A DNA stretch of 64,000 nucleotides from Raillietiella orientalis (lineage: Eukaryota). The stretch is taken from assembly GCA_036172245.1 (NCBI GenBank), contig JAYWIR010000008.1:3100001-3164000 (forward strand), written 5' to 3'. Both the position numbers and the translations under genes were made by a program. Under the pieces are notes generated by a model. It saw only the letters and a program-made list of their open reading frames with translations, searched no databases and had not been told where the DNA came from. Positions within the stretch are counted from its first letter, which is position 1. Every line of letters starts with the position of its first letter. Shown piece by piece: positions 35,100-46,784 of the stretch.

Positions 35100-36900
35100 A
35101 GCTGAGGAAGCCTTGTTCCTTTTTTCTTCTCCTTCTTTTTCCCCTCCTCTTCCTCCTCCTGATCTGGCGTTTCCCGAAAGGACCGTCAGGGAAATTCCTT
35201 GCATTCAGAGTGTGAACGGCGATGCAGGTCGACACAGATTCTCATCCGGGAGTAGCTTTGTGGTGCCCGTCGCTGAAAAGGACTCCTCTCTTCCCGAGCA
35301 AAGCTGTATCAGACAACCGCGCGGTCCATCCCGTTCGAGAAGAAACAGGATGTCGCATCCCGTTGCACCGTTGCCCTGCTGGAGGGTGGGTCCCTAGGCG
35401 TCACTTACCCCAGCTAGACGTAGCTGCAAGCGGCTCTTGAGTAACAAGCGTTTTCTGAGAGTTCCTGTGACGTGGGATAAGGATGCAATCAGGATGCGAC
35501 GGGAATCCAAAGCTGCTTCCGTGAGGTGCCACAAGTGCTGCTCTGGATGCCTGGCAACTACGGATCAGGACGGGAGAAGTTTCCTCTCCATTGCGGCGGA
35601 AGTGTGAGAAACGCTGATTTCTCTAAGTCACGTCTGCGCGAATTTCAAAGAGGGGAGTCTGCGTACTCTCACTCTGTGAGGAGAAGTCCGCCGCTCACCA
35701 CGTGAATGCCTACGTCAAATATCTCGATGGACGGAAGGTGGACCTGAACGACTGACTCCATCAGGCGTGCTTGAACCGCAGCACTTGCGCATCCTGGACG
35801 CATGGCTGTACGCGAGGAAGATGCACTTGGAGCTCCTTGCATATTCTTGGCAGCTGGTCCCATCCAGCTACTCTTTCACTCCCACGCACCATGAAACTCA
35901 AGGTGCTTTTCGGCTGCTGCTCGTGAGACTATATGAGTGTTGGCTCCCTATCCTACTGGGCACAGAGAGTTTCATGAAACTGTTCTCAACATGCAACAGG
36001 TTGCTCTCGAGCTCCCTGACTGTGGTTACGCTTCAAAATGGCAGTTCATCTTCCAATCAGCTTTACTACAGATTGTTTTTTCTTTTGGCGCTGCAAGCCA
36101 AGGAATGCTCCAGGAGAAACTTCGTCCTCTGAGCCCATCAGTCCGTTGGAGGCGGTAATGAAGGACACGGTAAAGTGGTCGACCCTGGTCGCCGCCACAT
36201 CCCCTGCCTCAGCGCTCTATTTCCGGAGGGTAAGCGAAGACAGAGGCCAACCGGCGGGGTGGGAGTTTTCCTGCGCCACTTCAGAAAAGACAAAAACTCC
36301 TTGGCTGCTGGAAGACGCGCGAGCTGGTGATGAGTTCCGCGTATCCAGGAGTCCCTTCTCCTGGATACGCGGAGGAGTGAACTTCTCAGAGTCGCCCCCG
36401 AGGAACTCGTGGTCCTTTGAGTAATTCTGCATTCCCTGTGACCAGGAAACGGGCTGTGCTGCTGTCTCCGCGTGGGGACTCCGGTGCAATCAGAGCCTGC
36501 AGCGCGTTTCTGGTGAGGCTGCATCCCGGATTGTGTCGAGTGCGGGGAGGGGGTGGAGTCGATCCCGCTTCTGCTTTAGGACTGCGTTGTCCTTTAGGAA
36601 CTGCGGCAGAGGCTGGCGTCAGCGCTACTGCACCCTGGAGGAAGTCTCCCGCAACCTGATGACGCAATTCTTCGTGCCCGAAGGGTTCTCGACCGGTACA
36701 GTGGTCGCGATACTACGTGCTGCGTCTGCGCCGTCGTCACGACCCGCCATGTTTCGAGACGTAGATAAAGTGAAAGGAATCTCGATCTTCTTTCTTTCTT
36801 GGTTCGCTATATACTCGAGAACCCTCTATGTCCATCATTTCCTCTAGGTACACCATGTTCCCTGCCTTCGTTTTACACTGCTTGTGCTTAAGATTTCGGC
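35100..36900 (+). mobile_element. Decayed LINE ORF2 fragments
   Basis: PLHRCPAGGW, CWLPILLG, PDCVECGEGVESIPLLLxDC. Confidence 0.5.
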
Positions 36901-36922
36901 CTGCTCGGTTTGGGTTTTCATC

Positions 36923-37800
36923 TGGGTGTGCCGCAGCGTTCATTTCATATAGAAAAATAAACAATCACGGTCTCTGTGGTCGGACCGCCGGTCCAACCAC
37001 GTTCAATTTAACGGAAGCTTGCCGAGTAACCGGTATGCAGACCAGCGAGGTCCGCCATGGCAACAGAGGAAACAAAAGGAAAAAAGAAACAAGAATAAAA
37101 ACAAATAAACAAATTTGGAGGGGAGGGAGGTGCAGAGAAAGATCATTGTCTGCTGTCTGCAGTGGTCCTCTGCATCCTCTCTGTAGGATGCCGGCAAGCT
37201 CCTGCTGTATACAGTCCTTCAGGTGGAGCCATCTAGTGACCATCCTCATGGATCGGACGACACAGTGGATGTGGCATCCCTGTCTCTGTGCCCTCTTCTC
37301 GAATTTCTCAAAGTAGGTACGATGCCGCGCAGGCAGCAGAGAGATTCTTGCAAGGCTGCTGGCCGAAGGGCGTCGCGAACGAGGAGGGGTTTCATAGCGT
37401 CCCTGGAGTTGCCGCTGGGGGTTCCTAGGATCGCAGCACAGCTTTCCCAGGAAGGCTGGAGGGCAAAACAATTTACGAGCAGGTGAGGGAGAGATTCGCG
37501 CTTCCCGCACCTGGCACAGTTTGGGTCTATACTCCCCCGTGTCCAGTGATGTTGGCGGGCGTTGCCCGGGAGACCCCAGTGCAGCAGTATCAACTCCTGA
37601 CACTTTAATGGGAGGGTATCTGTCCAGAAGTGCTGGGGGCCTCTGCAGGTGGCCCCCAATACCTAGTAGCTCAACCCAGCGCAAAAGTCCTCGGGATGGG
37701 GCATTAGGGGTCGCAGCGTCTGTAAGCTGATCCATCGTCCACGCATCTGTTCCTTTTCCACTTCCGGGGATGTTTACAGTAACCTCCTATCTAACAGCAA
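36923..37800 (-). mobile_element. LINE 3' portion
   Basis: LLHWGLPGNARQHHWTRGSIDPNCARCGKRESLPHLLVNC; T-rich UTR; terminal motif at about 36923-36947. Confidence 0.85.
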
Positions 37801-38077
37801 GGCTGCTGCACATATGTTCACTCAGGGAGGGCAGCGCTGCGCTGAGGGAGCCTGCTGGACAGCGCCTTTTCCTCAAGGAGCTGACCCACGCGGTTGAACC
37901 TACGGCAGACCTAGGCAGGATGTTCTCCAGGAGGCTGAAACCTGGTGTGCAGAGTCTACTGTTGGTTTTTAGAAGCGTTTTGCTGACGCTTTGCTTGTGA
38001 TGTTCACTTTGAGATATTGAGCACGCGATCCCTTGTTCTGTGTCAGGTTCCCATGACGAAGTACCACAAGCATTCGA

Positions 38078-38700
38078 TTTTCACCCGGGTTTCGCCGGAG
38101 CGTTTATTAAAAAATAAAGTTTTACAAAGACGTGCAGCCGCTGGACCAATGCTCCAGCCATGCACGAAGAAACAGAGCCTGCCGGGTTACCGGTTCGCAG
38201 ACCGGTACGGTCCACCACGGCAGCAGGGGGAAGGGGATAAACAAAAAAACTAAACAAAAAGAAAAGAAAACTTGGGAGGGTACGGGAAGAAATCACTGTT
38301 TCTGCTGGGGCCGTTGCATCCTTCGCAAGATGCCGGAAAGCTCTTTCTGAATTCCTGGATCCAGGTGGGGCCATCGCGGCGCCCTCCTCAACAATTCGGC
38401 GGCGTGCTGGATGGCACCCTTAACGCGGGGTCCTCCCGCAGCCTTGCTCCAAGCGGCGACGATCCAGCGAAGGCAGCACAGGGCTGCTAACGAGACCGCA
38501 GGCCGAAGGGCTCGGCAACGAAGAGGGCTTTCAATGCGTCCCTGGGGTTGCCGCAGGGGATTCCGATAGCCGCGGCAAAGCGTAACCAAAGGGGCCGAAG
38601 GGCAACACAATCCACAAGCAGGTGGGGGAGGGACTCCCGTTCCCCACATCTAACACAATTGGGGTCCACCGCTCCCCAGGTCCATTGGTGTCGGCGGGCG
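38078..38700 (-). mobile_element. 5'-truncated LINE with 14-bp TSD
   Basis: CCACAAGCATTCGA at 38064-38077 and 38701-38714; CVRCGERESLPHLLVDC; ends AATAAACGCTCCGGCGAAACCCGGGTGAAAA. Confidence 0.9.
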
Positions 38701-40798
38701 CCACAAGCATTCGACTGCCTCGACCAGGAACTACTTCTGGAGCTTCTGGAACGCATGGGATTTCCGGCCGTCTTCCTGGCCTACCTGCGCCCCTGCTGGC
38801 GCTCCGCGTACATAAACATTGATTTCAGCGGCCGGCATGTGTACGGCGTGCCGGTTCGTCGCAGCATCCGGCAGGGTGACAGCCTCAGTCCCCTGCTCTT
38901 CAGCATCTACTTTGAGTTGGTGCTGAGAGCATACAGGGAGACTTTGGCAACCCTGTCGAGCTCCTGTCCCGGCACGCCTGCCGTGTCGGCCTATGCCGAC
39001 GACCTCCTGCTTCTGCTCCCTGGCATCGGCGCTCGAGGATTTCTTTGAGTTGCTGCGCCGCGGGACAGGCCTAGAGGTGAACAGGACGAAGTCGTCGTTA
39101 TTATTTACAGACTCGTCGCGGGCAGGACGGTCGGACTGGATCCGCTTGGGGATCCCCACGGGCGGGTACCTTGGCGTGCCGTTGGGGGACTTCTGCCCAT
39201 CAGAAGCCTGGTCAGGTCGTCTCCAAAAAGTGGAGTCGGCGATCGGCCCGTTCCTGGAGGGCAAGTTCCTCTTGCCGGAACGGGCCGCAGTGTGGAACGC
39301 GTTCGCGGCTCCCATCCTTCGCCCCCTGCTTTTTGTTTCACCCGTTCCTACCCAGTTGAAGAAGAGGACCAAGGACCTACTCCGCATCGCCCTCTGGGGC
39401 AAGGGGAGGCCTAGAGTGCCTCTGACGGACTTATGCGCTCCGCGTCGGGACGGCGGTCTTGGTCTCCTGACGCTGGAGCGCTTGGAAATCCAGCTGCGAT
39501 GGCGCACGTTGGCCATCGCAGCGAAGTTGTGGAGCACCACTTGGTGCGTACCGGCCCGCCTTCTTGCCAGCCGTGTTTCCAGGACGCAAGGACTAGCGTC
39601 TTATCTTCTGTGCTCCGGCCGGAAGATGCGAAGATGCGGCCTGCTCCTTGGACGCATGTCCACCTTGGCTAAGGAGAACGGCTGGATGGTATGCAGCCCA
39701 GCCGACTCCTCCGCATGGCTGGAGGAGACTGCTGGCACGTGGGCGAAGATACATGAGAGGAGCCACGAAACGTGGAACTGCCTGCGAGTCGGCTTCTACG
39801 CCCGCCGCACTCTGTGTGAAATTCTTAAATTTCCAGCGAGTTGCACGTGGGCGGAAGGGACACCCCTTGCTACGGCGATGCCCTTCCTCCAAAGGGCGCT
39901 TCACGAAAGCCGGAAGCCGAGGTGGCAAGTATGCTGCCGTATCGCAGGCAGAGAGAAGATGATGAGCGGCTGGACCATGGGAGAGCTGACAGATGCTACG
40001 ACCCCAAGTGTCCAGCCGCGTGGATTAAGAAGATGGGGCGAGCTGCTCGACATTCGATTGGATGACCTGAAGTGGCCTCCGGTTCTACTTGGATCCAGGA
40101 TTCTTCCCCTGAAGTGGCAAGAATCGGCGCTTCTGTGGCTGCATTGGGGTCTACCCTGCAATGCGCGCCGCTTCCACTGGACGCGGGGAAGAGTAAATCC
40201 TGCGTGTGCCAGGTGTGGGGAGCGGGAGTCGCTCCTCCACCTCCTAGTTGACTGCCCTGCCGTCCGGATTTTTGGTGATCGTCTTGGAACGGCCCTCAAT
40301 ATACCGGAAGGTGGCAACCCCAGGAATGTTTACAGTCTTCTCTTCGTGCGGGACGCCATCAGTCCAGCCGCAGCCCTCGCAGCACTTTGCTGCATCCGTG
40401 GTATCGTGGCGGCCTGGAGTAATGCCGAAGATGAAGATTCCGCCGTAATGGACGTCATGCCATATGCTGTTCGCTTCCTGCGGAGAGCTATCGGATGGCC
40501 CCAGCTGGGAAGATTGAAGGAGGACCTCGAGGGTATCCTACTAAGGATGGACCCTCCTCCCAGTAGACTGTGATCCCTTCCCTTCCCTCCAAAAACTCTT
40601 TTTTTTTTGTTTACTGATTTATTTTTCTTTTTGTTTTTTCCCCCCATCCCCTTCCACTGCCGAGGAGAGTCACACCGGGCTGCGTCCCGGTGTCCCGGCA
40701 GGTCTGGCATTGAGTGGCCGTTAGTGGGGCCTTGTATCACGTACTGTAATGACGAATGAAGCGTTTTTTTAATACATGTCCCGGAGTACTCGGGTGGC
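38701..40798 (+). mobile_element. Best-preserved L1/Tx1-like LINE: RT domains 3-7, thumb and C-terminal zinc finger, 5'-truncated, one frameshift
   Basis: AFDCLDQ, IRQGDSLSPLLF, AYADD, GLEVNRTKS, YLGVPL, LCAPRRDGGLGL, CARCGERESLLHLLVDC; 526-aa ORF 38993-40573; terminal CCCGGAGTACTCGGGTG. Confidence 0.95.
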
Positions 40799-41349
40799 AT
40801 CGCCGAGTAGGACTACTCGCGCTCCGGGACGACCATCCGAGGCAGGACCGGACCTCTGGTGCCGTCTTTCATTTCAAGAGCTCATTGCAGAAGTTTGGGG
40901 GAAATGCAGCAGGAGGAGGAGGATGGGTTTCTCGCTCTTTTCATCATCCTCCCCTATCGGTAGGGAGGTCACACTCTGGATCCGGGTCGCAGCTTTTCGA
41001 TGACCTCGGAAACCAGTGGCTTGAGCAATGCGAGCTGCAGCGTCGCTCACCTCACGGCATTCTCCTGCTGCCGGACGACGAATGGTATTAGAGAGAACCT
41101 TTGCCGGTCAACGAGTTGCGGGGCGTCCGCGCATGCAAGCAGCCTGCTGCCAAGAAAAGAACCTCGGGATGTGGGAGGCTATCGACCACGTCTTTCTCTA
41201 TGACCACGAATGTGCGCTCACGGGCGGTCAGAAGAGGGAGAGTGGTTTTCCGCTTCTGATTGGAAAAAAAAAAAAAAAAACACTGCAAGACGCCGAAACC
41301 GGTTTCGGGAATAAACGCAGGAATTTAGGTCGGAGCAACAGAATCTTCA

Positions 41350-42330
41350 GATAAAAATCTTTTCAGTTTCTCTATGGGAACTTGAAACGACTGTTGTACG
41401 AATCTTTATGTAGTGGCATGGTGCAGCTATTTCAAATAGCGCGTTTGCTCTCTTCCTCAGAGAGAGAGGGAATGCATGATTTCGCAAGACCATCTACACG
41501 AAAACGGTTGCCATGACTGAAAACCATCCCCCATCCGCATGGTTTCCAGGTGAAGTGAGTGTGCTTGCACCTCGTTCGGTAGTTGCGCGGATGGATCTCC
41601 AATCAGAAATCAATCCTGATCGTGTTGCAGCATCGTTCTTGCTCAATGGATGCTGAAAACAAGTGCGGATTCTTGGGTTCGGATTGCTCCAGTCGAACGA
41701 CAACAACCAACTGCTGCATTACAATTTCCTACTGATTTCGTGATGGTATCGCTACCGCAGCCGAGTATGTTTCGTTCCTGCTGACTTTGCACTACATACG
41801 GAGCGGTTCGTGACACCCCTCTGCATGTAGTGCACCCAGTCAACACGAATCCTGCCACTCCTGAAGCAAAACAGAGAGAGGAAGCTGAAAGATGAACTGG
41901 AAGGTGTAGCTCTCAGTGCAATACAGCAGTCTGCTGATGCATCTTGAACGAGCCATCACGAGGGATGCCTACAGAGGCGTCCGTGCAAAGTCCCACGACA
42001 GGCTCCCTAAGTCTTGAGAGAAGCGGAGAATGGAAATGTGCTTCAGTCGAGAAAAACATGCTCTAAGGCTCTTTATTATAAGAAGCCACTTTTACAGAGT
42101 TTCTGTTTCTTATCCAATTGCTGTTCCAGTGCGATGTACCTCAGTTCGTGAGAAAACTTCCTGTTGGAGGATGGAATCGATCGGACTGGAGAAGGAAAAC
42201 CGAGCATGCAAATCTCCAAAGATCACTCGAGCAACCCATTTCCTACACAGCTGCACTCCACCGATGACATGCAAGGCCTAAGCGCTTTCCTGAGAAGACG
42301 GTTGCGGAGTTCAGCTTGGACCCGAATTCT
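41350..42330 (-). mobile_element. Old LINE ORF2 C-terminus followed by RING remnants
   Basis: ALEHVFLD(C), LLQEWQ, GCTTCR; then RTCFQHPL, RCCNTI..F(W)LEIHPRNYRTRCKH, VLRNHAF, NSCT-CHY. Confidence 0.6.
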
Positions 42331-42829
42331 CAGTAGACACCTGAGATGCTGGAGCGGCAGCTCCAATGGAGAACTTTAGCGTCCTCTCAGAGAAGTGCTG
42401 GAGCGTCCATTGGTGCGTTCCTGTACGTCCTCTCGTCAGCTGTGTAGCTGGAAGTGAAGGACTTTCTTACCTGCTGACGTACCGCCACCGAAAAGTGACC
42501 GATCGAGGAATCCTAACCGATTGATTGGACGTCCTGCAGTCCTGCCAACTGTAATGCCTGGTTACAGGAAACGTGGGACAAAGATGAAGGAGCTGAGCTC
42601 GGAGAATTGGAACTGCCCGTGAGTCTTCGGATCACCCTTCACGCTTCTCGCTGCAGAAGATACTGGAGAGTCCCAGAATGAGCACTTGGACGGAGCGTAC
42701 TCCCCTTGCCGCAGAGATGCTCTCCCTACGGGGGGCAAATAGGAGTAGCCCATCGGCGAGGTGAAAAGCCTCTTGCGAAATCGCAGTCAGCCAAATGGTC
42801 GGATATCAGTACAGTATCTTCTGCAGGCA

Positions 42830-43560
42830 CTATCTAACTGACGCTGAGACCCCAAGTGCCCTACCACGTGGACTTCTCCGACGGAAGAGCTACTAAGAAT
42901 TCCTCGTGAAGGCCTCATGTGGCCTCCAGTGTTCTTGGACAGTCGTACCCTCCTCCTCAATTTGCAGGAGTCGGCGTGCTTGCAGGGGTCTCCTGAGTAA
43001 ACGCACGCTGACATCAGTGGACCCGAGAAAGGGTGGGACCGAATTGCCGAGGTGAGGAGAGAGGGAATCCCTTCCTCATCTGTTTGTGGATTGTGTTGCC
43101 CTCCAGCCTTTATGGGAACGTTCAACCACGACTCTCTGCGTTCCGGTAAGCAGCCCCAGAGACGTTTTCAGACTCCTCCTCGTGCGAGATGTACTGCGAG
43201 CCAGCCACTTCCTTAGCAGCTCTTTGCTTCATTCGCAGGATTGTGGCGGCCTGCAGAGAATCCGGAATGGGACGAGACGAAAGGGACACCATTCAATTCG
43301 CCATTCGCTTCCTGCAGATAGCAGCTACATAGCCCAACCTGGGAAGCCTGTAGATGGATCTTGTAGATGCCGAGAACGCCTCCAAACAGACTGTGATCTC
43401 ATCCCGTAAGCCCCAGAGTATTTGCAATTTATTTTCATTAAACTTTTATTTCATTTAATTTTTTGCTTTTTGTTTGTTTGTTGTTCTCCTCCCTTCCCAT
43501 GCCGAGGCGAACCCCGCTGGCCTGCATGACGGCATCCTGGCAGGTGAGCACTCGTGCTGG
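42830..43560 (+). mobile_element. LINE 3' portion
   Basis: HLFVDCVALQPLWER..PRDVFRLLLVRD; T-rich UTR. Confidence 0.7.
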
Positions 43561-44260
43561 CGGCCACTCAAGTGGCTACAGTCTCCGTGCCAAGCGTTGC
43601 AGGTTCGAATCCCCACGTGGAGGATAGATGCCGAGAAATGGGGGTTGCGTCGTGGTTTTGAGTTCCTCTTCTTCCGCAGGATGACACTGGTTGGCCTGTA
43701 GGCTTCGGGTGCTGCACTGATGGAAGCCGGAAAGCCCCGGATGTCCCCGTTGACTGACCGGAGTCCTTCCAGGAATCAAGAAGACGGTTTTCTTCGGGGT
43801 GCCCTCCAGTTGCGAAAATGGAGCTGTTCCTCCCCTTGAGGAAGGACTTTCCACTCCGAACCATGGAGCTGGTTGAGTACCTCCCCCCTCAGGATACCTC
43901 CCTCATTGCCCCTCCCGAGTGTGAAGAAGCGCTCTGTTCCCTTCAGGGAGTGGCCTTTCAGAGAAATTGGGAAGAATCCATTCGGGGTTCTCTTTGGAGG
44001 AGTGAAGAAGGAGCGGCTTCCTTGAGGGTTCCCTCCAGAGAAGAAACGGGGATCGGCCTCCGCAAACCGGGGGATCCCCCGAGAGAGAATAAGGAAGAGA
44101 TTCACTTCAGGGTTCCCTTCCAAGAGTGAGAGGAACGGATTCCTTCCTCCGTAGCCTTCCTGGATTCATACGATGGTCCCTCAGAGGTGACCCCCTAACT
44201 TGAACAGCTACATGCACCCTCGGTTGGCGTAGACAGCGCCAAAGAGCTTCGTGAACCCCA
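43560..44260 (+). mobile_element. tRNA-derived SINE-like repeat, copy 1
   Basis: Pol III B-box GGTTCGAATCC at 43602-43612, second degenerate B-box, body with ~40-bp GGGTTCCCT.. repeats; homologous to 52020-52715 and 59199-59959. Confidence 0.6.
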
Positions 44261-44723
44261 AAGAGAATGGCCCTTCAGCACTCCTTGAGAACCACAAAGA
44301 AGAAAATCCGAAAAAAAAAAAAAAATGGAAGGAAAGCAGCGAAACAGAGAAGATACCAAAGGGATTCCCATCATCAAGCGTCATTTCGACATCGTAATCC
44401 CAGCAAGGCGGGAACTGACTTGCTGCATAACAGCAAAGAAGAAAGTATTAGTAGCGTGGACAACTCGGGAGGTGGCGGGCGCTGCGACCCCGAGTGTCCC
44501 ACCCCATCGACTCGTCCGCTGGAGAGAGCTGCTCGGCATCCCTAAGGAGGAGGTGAAGCGGCTCCCAGCGTGCTGGAGCAGTGGCGACCCCTACCCCTGA
44601 GGTAGCAGGAGTTGGCGTTGCTGGGGATGCATGGGGAAATCCTGTACAGAGCGCGCCTTCACCACTGGACATAAGGGGCAGGGTGGACGTTCAGAGTTGG
44701 ACAGGCGCAGGAAGGAGAAGATC
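44126..44723 (+). repeat. Near-identical direct duplicate of 52581-53177
   Basis: About 520 bp identical apart from an A-run length, then a few mismatches. Confidence 0.95.
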
Positions 44724-45410
44724 CTCCTGCAACTTCTGCTGGATCATGCTATCCTCCGACCTCTTTGGGATCGCCTCACAACGACCCTAGGGATCCTGGC
44801 AGGTGGCTCCAGGGAAATCGTCAAACGCCTCTTTGTCCGCACTACCGCCACCAGCGGCATCCCTCGCAGTTCTTTGCTGTCTTCACGGGATCACAGAGGC
44901 CTGGAACGCCAGAAGGAGAGGTCGAAATGGCAAGGATGCCATCCATGGGGTGTGGATCTTCCTGAGAACCGCCTCGAAATAGTCCCACCTGGGCGAGACA
45001 CGGACGGAATTTGCCAGCATCCTTAACAGGATGCAGAGGACTCCTGGAAGCGTATTGGGATCCCTTCCTCTGTCCCTCCCCCCTCCTCTCCGTGTGAAAA
45101 TTCTTCTCCCCTGTTTTCTGTGTTTCTTTTTTCATTCTTTTGTTTCCGCCTCCCCCAAGCTGCCGGAGCAGACCTCTGCGGACTGCGCACCGCTCTTCGG
45201 CAGGTTCATCACACGTGGTAGAACGAAGGGTTCTACCACATTTCTAGGTATTTTTATTATATTTATAGAATAAATGTCCTGGAATAACTGCAAGATAATC
45301 ATCCTATACAGGCTATTCTATATAAATGAGCGTGGTAGGACCACTTGCCCTGACACTAGTTTTTGTATATTTATTGCACTTTAACAATAAACGCTCTGGA
45401 GTGACCGACT
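44340..45410 (+). mobile_element. LINE 3' portion(s)
   Basis: AWTTREVAGAATPSVPPHRLVRWRELLGI; terminal motifs at about 45270 and 45386. Confidence 0.8.
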
Positions 45411-45589
45411 GGAAAAGGGGGTGCTGAGTCAACCCCACGGATAAAAGAAGGAGCGTATTCCGATGCAGTAGAGGCACGTCCTTTATCGGAAAAGCCTCTC
45501 AAAGAGCCTTACATGGATGCAAGGGCTCCTCCCTCAGGAAAAACTCCTAGTGTAGGAGAGCTCATGGTCCTTGACCTCTGTAGGTGCTC

Positions 45590-46315
45590 AGAACGAAACC
45601 CCTGCACAGTGATGGTATGGTGAAGATTTGAACCGCAAGCCTTCGGTCAGTGAAGAGAAGGTCGAAGTCACAAAGATCGAGCCAAAGAAGCAGAGGAAGT
45701 GAACAACTCTCAAATGCCCGTGATCCCTTGCAACCCTGTGCCCACAGCTTCCTTCAATAAGCCGTAGCGTGAAGACAGACCCTGGGAGCCCACTCTGCCC
45801 CAGGTCCGAATAGATCATAGGAAACTTCTGGAGCAGTGGTCACGTAAGGTTCGCAAATGACGGAGCATGGAATGGCATCGAATCTCCGGGTGCGGCTTCG
45901 AAAACTCATCACGACTCTCACTTTCGCATGCATTGCGTGTCCGTAAAGATCATTCAAAAGGGAGTCCACCTTGCGTTTCTTCGGTTTTTTAGGACGCATC
46001 CAAAGAAACCGAAGAAGTACCCAGGTGATGCCTTCGGTTCAAACAGACTGGTGAAAAGGGAGCAGCGCAGCTCCCTTTTCACCAGACCAAGGGCATCATC
46101 TGGATAGATTCCTCCCAATATTGAAATGCAATGTCCCTGTGGAATCCGTTTCGCATGCTTTCTGAAACGAAGGGCCGAATGTCGCCTAAGAATTTGCTGC
46201 CGGGAAGCAGCCGCTCACAGAGTCGGCAGCATCGAATTTCCCCAACGTGCGCGTGCGCAATTACCGAAAACAGCAAGTCGTTGCCCCCAACCTCCTTCAC
46301 TTGACTTCTGATCAT
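45590..46315 (-). mobile_element. Old LINE ORF2 C-terminus running into RING region
   Basis: CCRLCERLL, GITWVLLRFLW-MRPKKPKKRKV..IPCSVICEP, SCGHRV(C). Confidence 0.6.
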
Positions 46316-46784
46316 TTAACTTGGCAATTTTTTTTTTCTATCGTTCATTTCCCCTTACCATGTTATGGAATATTATGTCTTCGTGGATGTCATCAACACC
46401 TAGGGTGTTCACAAATTGAAGCGTATCTCTAGTTCTCTCTCGAAGATTGTACCATGAATGTTCTAATGAGCTCCGGGTTTGATACAAACGTATTTAATCA
46501 AACATTCATCAATTAATTAACACTTCATGTTACGGAATATATACTTATCACTGCCCTTGATAGAATTTAATCGATGCAATCTTCATATAGCAATAAAATA
46601 GCATACGATAATGAAAATAATTTTTTAATCGTCAGTCTATCCTTAATTTCACTTAATAAAAACAAGAGGTCACGTATGGAAAGACAGGATGAACTGTTGA
46701 TGCCCAATCAAAGGATGAGTCTGGTTGGCAAGGGTACAAGCACAGGAGAGAAGAGGTCATGAGATGGGTTCTTTCGTTTAGCTG

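Noticed and set aside
38078..40798. Twin-priming 5' inversion of a single LINE
   Set aside because: The inverted part has its own 3' end and a 14-bp TSD, so it is an independent insertion.
43570..43625. Functional tRNA gene
   Set aside because: A B-box is present but no complete cloverleaf; it is part of a repeat.
43818..44129. 103-aa ORF in the SINE-like repeat
   Set aside because: The frame is not maintained in the other copies.
43930..44170. ~40-bp repeats as a CRISPR array
   Set aside because: Degenerate units, no unique spacers, eukaryotic context, part of a dispersed repeat.
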